NCBI GenBank assembly: GCA_050287085.1
Contig: JBNKBE010000021.1
Location: 1,124-65,123 of the forward strand
Direction: 5' to 3'
DNA length: 64,000 bases
Source: Polyangiaceae bacterium
GTDB taxonomy: Bacteria > Myxococcota_A > Polyangia > Polyangiales > Polyangiaceae
The notes below the pieces were generated by a model. It was not told where the DNA came from. It saw only the letters and a program-made list of their open reading frames with translations, and did not search any database. Shown here in pieces: positions 17,766-25,843 of the stretch (positions are counted from its first letter, which is position 1; each line of letters begins with the position of its first letter). A program made the position numbers and the translations under genes.

Positions 17766-18980
17766 CTAAGCGCCCCGCGCCCATTCGCGCCAGCGCGCGA
17801 CCGAGTCCGAGACGCCCAGCTCTTGCAGGAAATCGCGGTCCAGCCAGGGCACCGAGCCATCGGTATTCTCGGCCAACATCTCCGCGTCGGCCTTTTCGGC
17901 CAGAATGTGGGCGACGTACACCGCCCCGGCGATCGTCAGGCTCTGCGCCCCCAGCGCCCTCGGAGTCTCGTGAAAGAGTACACCTTCCACGACACTGCTC
18001 GGCAGGCCCCACAACGCCAGTAGGTAGGCGCCCACCTGGGCGTGGTTGGTACCGAATACCTTCTCCTCGGCTTGTGTTAGCTTAATGCCGTCCGTGGCGG
18101 ACGTGCGCAGCGCTCGCGAGAAGCGCACTGGCTCGCGAGAGGCGAGCACCAATTGGCCGACGGCGTGGAAGAGGGCGGCAATGAAGGCATCCTCTTCCTG
18201 GCCTGTGCCCGCCGCCACCTTCTTAGCAACCCGTGCCGCGAGCAGACCTGATTGCTGAAGCTTCTCCGCCGAGAAGTTGGGCACCTTGCTGCCGTCGAAG
18301 GTGCGCTCGACCTCCGCCGCAAGGACCAAGCTCACCACCGTTGTGTGTCCGAGGTATGCGATACAGCCGCCCAAGCTTGAGATCTGGCGGGGCAGACCGA
18401 AGAACGCCGAAGAGACGAGTTGGACGAGTCGAGCCGACAGTCCGACGTCTCGCTCGATCACCTCTGCCAGCCGCAGATTGGTCACGGCGGGGTCACGCAG
18501 GGCTTCCTGGAGTTCTTGATAGACCCTAGGGGCCGCCGGAAGCCGATTGTGCGCGCCCACGAGCTCGCGCGTTGGAGCGTGTTTGAGCAGGGGCAATACG
18601 CGGAGCGCGCTGTGCAGGGCCGCCGCTCCCCCTGGGGTGCCGAGCGCAACGCTTTGGTGCGCGAGAGGCAGCCAACGCAGCAGGCGCTTGCGGTCTTGAT
18701 CCTCGCTGCAGACCAGCACGCGCAACATCTGTGGCGAGTCGGCTTGTGCCGCCTTCAGCAAACGCTCCAGCTCGCCATCGGCCTCGTCGAAGCGGACAAG
18801 AAAGAGGTCGGTGTCGCGCTTGCGAAATGCGATGCGCGCCGCGAGAATGTGGTCGACGTGTTGGATTGAGGCTTGACGGCCCAGGTAGAGCCCCTTGAGC
18901 TCGCGACCGTCTCGATGGAAGCCATAGGCGAGTGCGCGTACGGGACCTGGGTGATTGGCGGCGTCGGGAACGACACTCAT
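17766..18980 (-). CDS. HDOD-domain protein with an N-terminal degenerate receiver-like domain
   Basis: HDOD pattern LPAAPRVYQELQEAL...LAEVIERDVGLSARLVQLVSSAFFGL...SLGGCIAYLG. The N-terminal ~120 aa are REC-sized but lack the acidic pocket. The start at 18980 has AAGGA upstream. Confidence 0.75.
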   Translation of the reverse strand: MSVVPDAANHPGPVRALAYGFHRDGRELKGLYLGRQASIQHVDHILAARIAFRKRDTDLFLVRFDEADGELERLLKAAQADSPQMLRVLVCSEDQDRKRLLRWLPLAHQSVALGTPGGAAALHSALRVLPLLKHAPTRELVGAHNRLPAAPRVYQELQEALRDPAVTNLRLAEVIERDVGLSARLVQLVSSAFFGLPRQISSLGGCIAYLGHTTVVSLVLAAEVERTFDGSKVPNFSAEKLQQSGLLAARVAKKVAAGTGQEEDAFIAALFHAVGQLVLASREPVRFSRALRTSATDGIKLTQAEEKVFGTNHAQVGAYLLALWGLPSSVVEGVLFHETPRALGAQSLTIAGAVYVAHILAEKADAEMLAENTDGSVPWLDRDFLQELGVSDSVARWREWARGA

Positions 18981-19031
18981 GAAGAAGCATTCCTTGCTTG
19001 GTTCAGAGTTGGACGAGTTGGCCCGGGGGGC

Positions 19032-19085
19032 GTTGGGCCGCGATAGGGCGTTGGGCTGCGACAGGCCGTTGGGCTGCGACAGGGC
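19032..19085. repeat. 18-bp x3 tandem repeat (gttgggcYgcgaYaggSc)
   Basis: Units at 19032-19049, 19050-19067 and 19068-19085, located 50-105 nt upstream of the preferred HDOD start. Confidence 0.85.
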
Positions 19086-19628
19086 GGAGCACTGCTCCTT
19101 TCGCGAGTCCTTTCGCAAGAGCTGCGCCAAGTCCCCAAGGGGTGGGAGCACGCTGCGCCCGGCTCTCGCCGTGAAGGGCTTGGGGGAGCCTCTAACGCCG
19201 CTTGGGTAGCCTTGGCTCGACGCGCGTTCGGCCTGCTGGTTGGGTGCCGTCGGGGGAGTCGCTGCGTGGGCATACGGAGTGCAACGGCGCTTGTTTCGCT
19301 GGGGCTAAGGGCCCGCGGATGGGAAAGTCAGTCGCCAAGCCGGTCAAGGCCGACGCGAGGTGGGCGCGCGGAGCGAGCATCGCGGTGCTTGGAGTAGCTC
19401 GTGGACCGCGCCGCCGTGGGCTGCGCTTGGGGGCAGCTTCGGACGAGCCTTCGCTGCCGCGGGGACTCGAGTCTGCCGTGGTGTTGACGCAGGCCTGTCA
19501 GCGAGGTGGCGCCGGTGAGTGACATCGCCGCATGGGTGCGAGCCAGTGCGCGCCTTCGGTCGCATCGTTTGGACCAACGCTGCCGGCGTGCGGGGGTGGG
19601 TGAACGGCGAGTGAGCCCCGGGGCGGAG

Positions 19629-19644
19629 CGGCCCGGCTCTTGCA
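19629..19644 (+). promoter_or_regulatory. sigma54 (-24/-12) promoter candidate for the glucosaminidase/neuB-like/motAB unit
   Basis: CGGCCCGgctcTTGCA versus the consensus TGGCACG-N4-TTGCW, with correct GG-N10-GC spacing. The -12 C at 19643 lies 14 nt before the ATG at 19657. Confidence 0.5.
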
Positions 19645-19656
19645 CAGACCCGGCCC

Positions 19657-20535
19657 ATGGCTATCTCTCCGATTGGCGTGGTCTCGCCGGCGGCAGGTCG
19701 CGAGCCGGTCAGCGTGCCCGGGCCCGTTGTCGAGCCATTTGCCGCGGCGGTAGACCGAGCGAGTGCTGCGCTCGACGGGCGTGGTACGCGGCCGGGTCGG
19801 GCACAGGTGGCTGCGGAACGCACACCGCTTTCGGGTGAGCAGGCTGCCACTGCGCTGGCCAGCGCCTACCGGGAGCGGCGGGGGAGTGAGCCGTCACCGG
19901 AGACCCTGGCTATCCTCACGTCGCATTGGTCGCTTGAGACCGGGCAGGGCGCCAGCATGTACAACTTCAACTTCGCTGGCATAAAAGGCACCAGTCCACA
20001 GGGGTTGACCACCGTGATGCGCACTCGAGAGGGCCACGGCGCTTCCGAAGTTCATATTCGGGACGGCTTTCGCGCGTACCGCAGCGCCGACGAGGGCGCG
20101 AGCGACTACTTGGGGCTCCTAGAGCGACGCTACGGAGCCGCGCTCTCGGCCGCTGAGGTCGGTGACGCTGCGAGCTTCGTCCGGGAGCTGAAGTCCGGCG
20201 GCTATTTCACCGGGGACGAGCGTAGTTATGAACGTGGACTGGTGCGGCTCGCCAATCGGGCTATGGAATACGGCGTGAACGCGATTGGAGGAAGCGCTGG
20301 GGCTCTCGCTGCCCAGCCAATGCCGACTCGGGAGTATTTTACCCGCTCGGAAGGCTCCAGGGGTGATAACCCCCGAGGCATGGCGGAACTGCACGGCGCC
20401 AGCGCACACTGGGCGCCTGGGGTTGCTGCCGTCGACTCGATGTCGGAGGCGGTTGTGCGTGCTGCGCTTTCGATCGCCTCGACCACTGGGCGGCAGCGCA
20501 GCGAGCGCTCATTTCCTTGGTGGGAGTCGGGTTGA
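19657..20535 (+). CDS. Stand-alone FlgJ-type glucosaminidase (flagellar peptidoglycan hydrolase)
   Basis: Glucosaminidase-domain pattern SHWSLETGQG...YNFNFAGIKG...FRAYRSADEGASDYLGLL..RY. No rod-binding domain and no signal peptide. It lies next to motAB. Confidence 0.7.
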   Translation: MAISPIGVVSPAAGREPVSVPGPVVEPFAAAVDRASAALDGRGTRPGRAQVAAERTPLSGEQAATALASAYRERRGSEPSPETLAILTSHWSLETGQGASMYNFNFAGIKGTSPQGLTTVMRTREGHGASEVHIRDGFRAYRSADEGASDYLGLLERRYGAALSAAEVGDAASFVRELKSGGYFTGDERSYERGLVRLANRAMEYGVNAIGGSAGALAAQPMPTREYFTRSEGSRGDNPRGMAELHGASAHWAPGVAAVDSMSEAVVRAALSIASTTGRQRSERSFPWWESG

Positions 20536-20651
20536 CGCCCGAGCAGCCGGCGCATTTTCGCGCACCTTCAGGTGGCGCGAGGGTGATGCAGAAGGGCGTA
20601 GGAGCCGTTGGAGAGTAGAGCGGGTTCAGCTCGTGGGCGCGTGGAGATGAC

Positions 20652-21518
20652 GTGATGATGGTGAAGTTGGGAAAGCAGGAAGTGGGTCCGGGACGTCCGG
20701 TCTATGTCGTGGCTGAGGCCGGAATCAATCACAACGGGGACGTGGGGCTTGCCCGGGCGCTGATCCGCGCAGCGGCGGATGCCGGGTGCCAGGCCGTGAA
20801 GTTTCAGAAGCGCACGGTTGATGTGGTCTATAGCGAAGAGGAGTTGGCGAGACCCCGGAGGAGTCCATTCGGCTCCACCAATGGTGAGCTGAAGCGCGCG
20901 CTGGAGTTTGGCCGTACGGAGTATGAGGCCTTGGCTGAGTGTGCGGCGGCGCACGACATAGCGTTGTTTGCGTCGTGCTGGGACGAGGCGAGCGTTGACT
21001 TCATGGAGCAATTCAACCCACCGATGTACAAGATCGCGTCGGCGAGTCTGACGGATATTGCATTGCTGCGGCGTCATCGGGCGACTGGAAAGCCTGTGAT
21101 CGCGTCCACCGGGATGAGCGATGCGAAACAGGTTGAGCGCGCGGTGGCCGCGCTTGGATCGGCGAACCTTGTCCTATTGCACACCGTCAGCGCCTACCCC
21201 GCTCAGCCCGAAGATCTGAACTTGCATGTCATGGCGCAGCTGGCGCGCGACTACCGCGTGCCGGTGGGATACTCAGGTCACGAGGCGGGTCTGGCTCCAA
21301 CGCTGGCCGCCGTCGCACTCGGCGCCTGCGTGGTTGAGCGCCACCTGACGCTCGACAGAAATGCTTGGGGGTCGGATCAGGGCGTTTCGCTCGAGCCGGA
21401 CGAGATGGCGCGACTGGTCCGTGAGATTCGGGAAGTCGAGGCGGCTCTCGGAACGGCCCACAAGCGCGTTCTCGAGAGCGAGTTTCCAGCCAGAGCCAAG
21501 CTGCGTCGCGTGTCATGA
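20652..21518 (+). CDS. NeuB-family sialic/nonulosonic acid synthase-like protein (no SAF domain)
   Basis: GRPVYVVAEAGINHNGDVGLARALIRAAADAGCQAVKFQKR. At 288 aa it ends before the C-terminal SAF domain of classical NeuB/PseI/LegI. Confidence 0.8.
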   Translation: MMMVKLGKQEVGPGRPVYVVAEAGINHNGDVGLARALIRAAADAGCQAVKFQKRTVDVVYSEEELARPRRSPFGSTNGELKRALEFGRTEYEALAECAAAHDIALFASCWDEASVDFMEQFNPPMYKIASASLTDIALLRRHRATGKPVIASTGMSDAKQVERAVAALGSANLVLLHTVSAYPAQPEDLNLHVMAQLARDYRVPVGYSGHEAGLAPTLAAVALGACVVERHLTLDRNAWGSDQGVSLEPDEMARLVREIREVEAALGTAHKRVLESEFPARAKLRRVS

Positions 21519-21616
21519 CCGGAGTCGTCCGCCGGCGGCGATGAGCCCCACCGACCCGGACATTCGTCGACGGAAGGGGTTCTTAGTTATCCGTGAAAAG
21601 GAGCGTAGAGTAGAGC

Positions 21617-22381
21617 GTGGACATAGCAACGATACTTGGCTACGTCTTGGCGTTTGGCCTCATCATCGGCGCGATCATGATGGGTGGCTCCCTCGGGGGC
21701 TTCATTGACGTTCCCAGTGTCTTGATCGTGGTTGGGGGCACCATCTCGGTGGCCTTCATCATGGAAAGCATGGGAAATGTTCTCGGGGCCGTGAAGGTGG
21801 CCAAGAATACCCTGACGCAGAAGGGCTCGAACCCATCGGAGACGATCAAGACCATTCTTGAGCTCTCCAACACCGCACGGCGGGAGGGAATTCTCGCCCT
21901 GGAAAATCAGAAGGTCGACGACGAGTTCCTGGCCAAGGGGCTTCGGCTTGCTGTGGACGGTTTGCCGCGTGAAGAGATTCGCGAAACCTTGACCGTAGAG
22001 CTCGTCAGCATGCGGCAGCGGCACGTACGAGGGCAGAAGCTGTTCAAGTTTCTCGCCGCCACCGCCCCCTCCATGGGCATGATTGGAACCCTGGTTGGCT
22101 TGGTGAACATGTTGTCCAACCTGGAGGACCCGGCTTCCATTGGCCCGGCCATGGCTGTGGCTTTGCTGACCACGCTTTACGGCGCCATCATGGCGTTTGT
22201 CGTTTGCGGGCCGATCGCTGAAAAACTGGAGCGCCGTACTGCCGACGAAACGGCCAATATGACGATCGTGATCGAAGGTGTGGACGCCATCGTGAAGGGG
22301 CACAACGCGGCCGTGATAAAAGACCGCTTGCAGGCACGACTGGCTCCCAATCAACGGCCGGCAGAGCAGGAAGCGGCATAG
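21617..22381 (+). CDS. motA: Flagellar stator protein MotA/PomA
   Basis: MDIATILGYVLAFGLIIGAIMMGG, 4 TM helices, and the conserved C-terminal LLTTLYGAI..N region. Confidence 0.9.
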   Translation: MDIATILGYVLAFGLIIGAIMMGGSLGGFIDVPSVLIVVGGTISVAFIMESMGNVLGAVKVAKNTLTQKGSNPSETIKTILELSNTARREGILALENQKVDDEFLAKGLRLAVDGLPREEIRETLTVELVSMRQRHVRGQKLFKFLAATAPSMGMIGTLVGLVNMLSNLEDPASIGPAMAVALLTTLYGAIMAFVVCGPIAEKLERRTADETANMTIVIEGVDAIVKGHNAAVIKDRLQARLAPNQRPAEQEAA

Positions 22382-22440
22382 GGCCCTTCAGCCTCGCCAG
22401 TTCTGCCATCGGCGGCAAATGCCAGTAGCGCATCACGCTC

Positions 22441-23355
22441 ATGAGTGACGAAGAAGAAGAGTGCGACTGCCCACCAGAGGGCGCTCCAGCCTGGATGGCA
22501 ACGTTCAGCGACATGGCGACGCTGATGCTGTGCTTCTTTGTGTTGCTCTTGTCTTTTGCAAACATGGATATCCAGAACTTCCGGACCGCGCTCGGTTCTG
22601 TCAAAGAGGCTTTTGGTGTCCAGTTCAAGGTCCGCGGCACGTTTCAGGCCATGAGTACGTCACCCGTGGAGCTGTCTCCCAAGGTGAGCGGTTCGACTCT
22701 GGTCGAGCTTACCGCGGTAGATCCGGAGTCTCTTGCCATCGTGGAGGAGTTCATTCGCTCCAAAGGCTTAGAAGACGCGCTGGAGGTGGACGGGGAGGCG
22801 AGGGGCGTTATCGTCAGGGCAAAAGAGGCGATGTTATTTGATTCGGGTAGCGCTGACCTCAAAGATGGCGCCGTGCCCATGCTGCGCGCCATGTCAGAGC
22901 TATTTGGCGAGTTCTCAGGCACGCTGGCGATCGAGGGGCATACCGACAACCGCCCGATCAGCACCCTGCAGTTTCCTTCGAATTGGGAGTTGTCGGGCGC
23001 GCGGGCGGCGGCGGTTCTTCGCTACATGTTGGCCGATGGAACCGATATCGAACTGGTACACATCGCCGGCTACGCAGACACTCGTCCTGTCATGTCCAAC
23101 GCGACGACCGAGGGGCGAGCGCGCAATCGTCGCGTGGAGTTTGTGTTCGAGTACGACAAGGAACATGCGGCGGCGCCCTCAAATGCCTACGACGTCAAGG
23201 CGCTCGGTATCGCGACGCGCGGAGGAGCTTCCGCTGCGGCTGGCCCGGATGCGGGCGTGGAGGGCGGCGCGAATGACGGCGGGACCGGCCCAAGCGACGC
23301 CGGACGCGATGGCGGGCCTCCGACCCCCCGCGACGGGGGCGAGGCGCGCGACTGA
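22441..23355 (+). CDS. motB: Flagellar stator protein MotB (OmpA-like C-terminus)
   Basis: AWMATFSDMATLMLCFFVLLLSF (TM helix with the conserved Asp). The OmpA-like region has GHTDNRPI...NWELSGARAA...NRRVEFV. A low-complexity Gly/Asp-rich tail follows. Confidence 0.9.
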   Translation: MSDEEEECDCPPEGAPAWMATFSDMATLMLCFFVLLLSFANMDIQNFRTALGSVKEAFGVQFKVRGTFQAMSTSPVELSPKVSGSTLVELTAVDPESLAIVEEFIRSKGLEDALEVDGEARGVIVRAKEAMLFDSGSADLKDGAVPMLRAMSELFGEFSGTLAIEGHTDNRPISTLQFPSNWELSGARAAAVLRYMLADGTDIELVHIAGYADTRPVMSNATTEGRARNRRVEFVFEYDKEHAAAPSNAYDVKALGIATRGGASAAAGPDAGVEGGANDGGTGPSDAGRDGGPPTPRDGGEARD

Positions 23356-23448
23356 GGTCAGGGCGAAAGCGTCAGCGGCTGCGGCGGCCTCCGGCGCGGC
23401 GACCTTCGAGCCACCGCCTCAGACTTCGGTGCCCAGGCGGGGCGACCG

Positions 23449-25665
23449 CTACCGCGACGCTCCGCTTGGGTCTGCGAGCAGGTAGTCATGATAGCTCTGA
23501 GCTGCGCTCAAGCCGTCTTCGCCGCTCAAGTCAAGCCTGTCGAATACCGCTAGCAGGGTTGCGATTGCGCTGCTGGGAAGCTCGACAAGAGCTCCGAGAC
23601 ATTCTTCGCTGAGCAGCTCGGCAGCGAGGGACGGATCGGAGGCCGTCGCCTGGCTGCTGGCCAGCCTGACCTCTTGCCCCGGGTGGGTTGCATTCACCCA
23701 TACGTTCAAGTCGTTGGCACCCTTGCCCACTTGGGGCAGGACGCTTGCGAGCTCGATGATGACTTGCCTCTCGAGTTCGGGTTTCTGCGCGAGGCCGACA
23801 GAGCTGGCTCGCAGCGAGCGCACGCGGCCACAGCGCGGCGCTGCGTGCCACCGCGCTGGGCCTAGCTGAAACAACACCCCGAAGTGTTGATCATGAAGTG
23901 CGGCCGCAAGGAGCGCGCTGACCGAGTCGCCGAGTGGGACGCTGTTCACATCGTCTGCGGCGATCAGAATCCGGATCCTCAACCCGACCTGTTCATTGAA
24001 GCGGGCTAGCTGCCGCTGCCTGCGTGCGGAGTGCAGCAGGAGCATCAGAAGCAGGCCCCAGGCGAGCCATGCGAAGCGCCCCGGGCTCACTTCCGCTAAG
24101 CCCAGGGCGGACGCAGCGCTGCCTGCCTCGTAGGGCAGTGACGCTGCGCCGAAAGGCGGCAGCTCAGCGCTGCGAGCGTGGGTATCGGCCTCGCTTGGCA
24201 AGCAGGCTTCGACCAAGTAGCGCGGCACGCGTCCTACGCCGCGCGCCGCGCGGCACTCCAGGCGAAGTCCGCAAGCGCTCAAGGCTCGAAGGTAGTCGTC
24301 CAGTTGTTGCGGCGCGCGCTCCGCTCGTTCATGACAGCGTTGTAGTTCCTCCAGCCTAAATACCAGCGTGGCCAAGGTCAGCAGTCGCTGCCCGAGCGCG
24401 CGCGGAGCGCAAACCGACAGCGTCACTTCAGCTAGATGCGAGGTGTCGTTTCGGTCGGCAAGCAGGGTTGTCAGCACCCGGCGTGGACTAGGGGGTAGGA
24501 GTGCCTCCCCGGGTTGTCCCCGGAGCAAGAGCGCTGCGCGCCTTGCAACCCGCGGCGAGCCGACTTCTACCATCGACTCGAGCGCCCTTCGTGTGTTGGC
24601 GTCGAGGGGGCGCTCCGCGAGGGACTCCAGGGCACTCAGGACGTTGCGCTGCACGAGCTCGGACTCCGAGCGAAGAGCTCGCAGCAGTCTCCGCTTTGCG
24701 CTGGTGCGGAGCCGCGGATAAGTGGCCAACGCAACCATGGCGAGGGCGCGGACCCGCTCGCTCGGATCGCGGGTGGAGAGCTGCGTGAGAGCCGCTACTT
24801 CATCCCGTGGCAGATTCTCGACCAGGGCTTGTCGTGCCTGAACGCTTGGAAGCCCCAATGCGGCCGGCAGCAGCGACGGCTCCTGCCTGGGCCAATTGGG
24901 CCCTAGGCCCTGTAGTGCCGCCGCGGCCAGCGTGCCCGGTAGAGCTTGCAGTCGGGAGGGGGTCAAGAACCGCGCTCGGTCGTGGGCCGAGGCGCAACGC
25001 ATGAACAGCGACAGTGCGCGGCGACGAAGCGGCAGGGGCGTCTCGCCTGCCATGGCATGGATCTGGCACCGGCGCCCGAGTTCTTCCAGATACGGCAGCG
25101 CCTCCGAGCCGCGCGAGCGAAGCACGACTACAGCGATAGCCAGCAGATCGAGCGCCCGCCGCTGCACGACATGTGGGGCATCTTCGAGAGCGAGGGCCGT
25201 GCAGATGCGGAGTGTCGCGACGAGCTCTTCGGTTGGAAACGCAACGGGCGTTGCCCCCCGTAGCAAGCCGACCAGGCATCCAAGCGCAACCAAGCTGTGC
25301 TCGGTGAGCTCGGCGACCGCCAGGCGAACTTGCTCCTCGGTGTCGCGGTCTGCGCCCAGTGCAAGAAAGGGCAGCTCTAGCGCAGCAGCACCCAAGAGGC
25401 GCGCCAATGCCTGCATGAGCGGGCCCGAGAGGGGCCGGTGGCGTTCGAGCTCCAGCGCCAGGGCGCCCCAACGCTGGGCGCTGTGCGATAGCGCTAAGCC
25501 GAGAGATGCGTCCGTGAACCCGGGGCCAGAGGGGCTGCGGGCAAGAGCCACTCCCACCCGTTCAAACGCGCGGCGCCGAAGCCGCACCGACCATGGCGGG
25601 GCCATTGCCATCAGTCTCCGCGTCAGCGCCTGGGCGCTGGTCTGTCGGGGCCGGTCGTCGCTCAT
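23449..25665 (-). CDS. Hypothetical HEAT-repeat-like protein with one internal TM helix
   Basis: 738 aa. HEAT-like repeats are present (DPSERVRALAMVALATYP, ESELVQRNVLSALESL, SPRVARRAALLL). The TM segment is FAWLAWGLLLMLLLH. The C-terminal ~200 aa are unrecognised. Confidence 0.5.
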   Translation of the reverse strand: MSDDRPRQTSAQALTRRLMAMAPPWSVRLRRRAFERVGVALARSPSGPGFTDASLGLALSHSAQRWGALALELERHRPLSGPLMQALARLLGAAALELPFLALGADRDTEEQVRLAVAELTEHSLVALGCLVGLLRGATPVAFPTEELVATLRICTALALEDAPHVVQRRALDLLAIAVVVLRSRGSEALPYLEELGRRCQIHAMAGETPLPLRRRALSLFMRCASAHDRARFLTPSRLQALPGTLAAAALQGLGPNWPRQEPSLLPAALGLPSVQARQALVENLPRDEVAALTQLSTRDPSERVRALAMVALATYPRLRTSAKRRLLRALRSESELVQRNVLSALESLAERPLDANTRRALESMVEVGSPRVARRAALLLRGQPGEALLPPSPRRVLTTLLADRNDTSHLAEVTLSVCAPRALGQRLLTLATLVFRLEELQRCHERAERAPQQLDDYLRALSACGLRLECRAARGVGRVPRYLVEACLPSEADTHARSAELPPFGAASLPYEAGSAASALGLAEVSPGRFAWLAWGLLLMLLLHSARRQRQLARFNEQVGLRIRILIAADDVNSVPLGDSVSALLAAALHDQHFGVLFQLGPARWHAAPRCGRVRSLRASSVGLAQKPELERQVIIELASVLPQVGKGANDLNVWVNATHPGQEVRLASSQATASDPSLAAELLSEECLGALVELPSSAIATLLAVFDRLDLSGEDGLSAAQSYHDYLLADPSGASR

Positions 25666-25843
25666 GGGATGCCGCCGCGCAGCGTCGCCGGTTCAGCGCC
25701 GTCCATCCGTCGTGGCTCCGAAATACGGCTCGTGCTTAGAGGGGGTGGACGGGAAGATCCCGCGACGCGAGGCGAGAGCCCGTGCGATGCGTCTGCCGGA
25801 GCGCGACAGCTCGGGCGGGAAAGAGAGGCTGGGGGACGTCGTT

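Noticed and set aside
19032-19085. Tandem repeats as a possible CRISPR array
   Set aside because: The units are contiguous 18-mers without spacers, there are only three copies, and no cas genes are present. This is not a CRISPR array.
21587-22354. 255-aa minus-strand ORF opposite motA
   Set aside because: motA on the plus strand is unambiguous, and the antisense ORF has no recognisable features.
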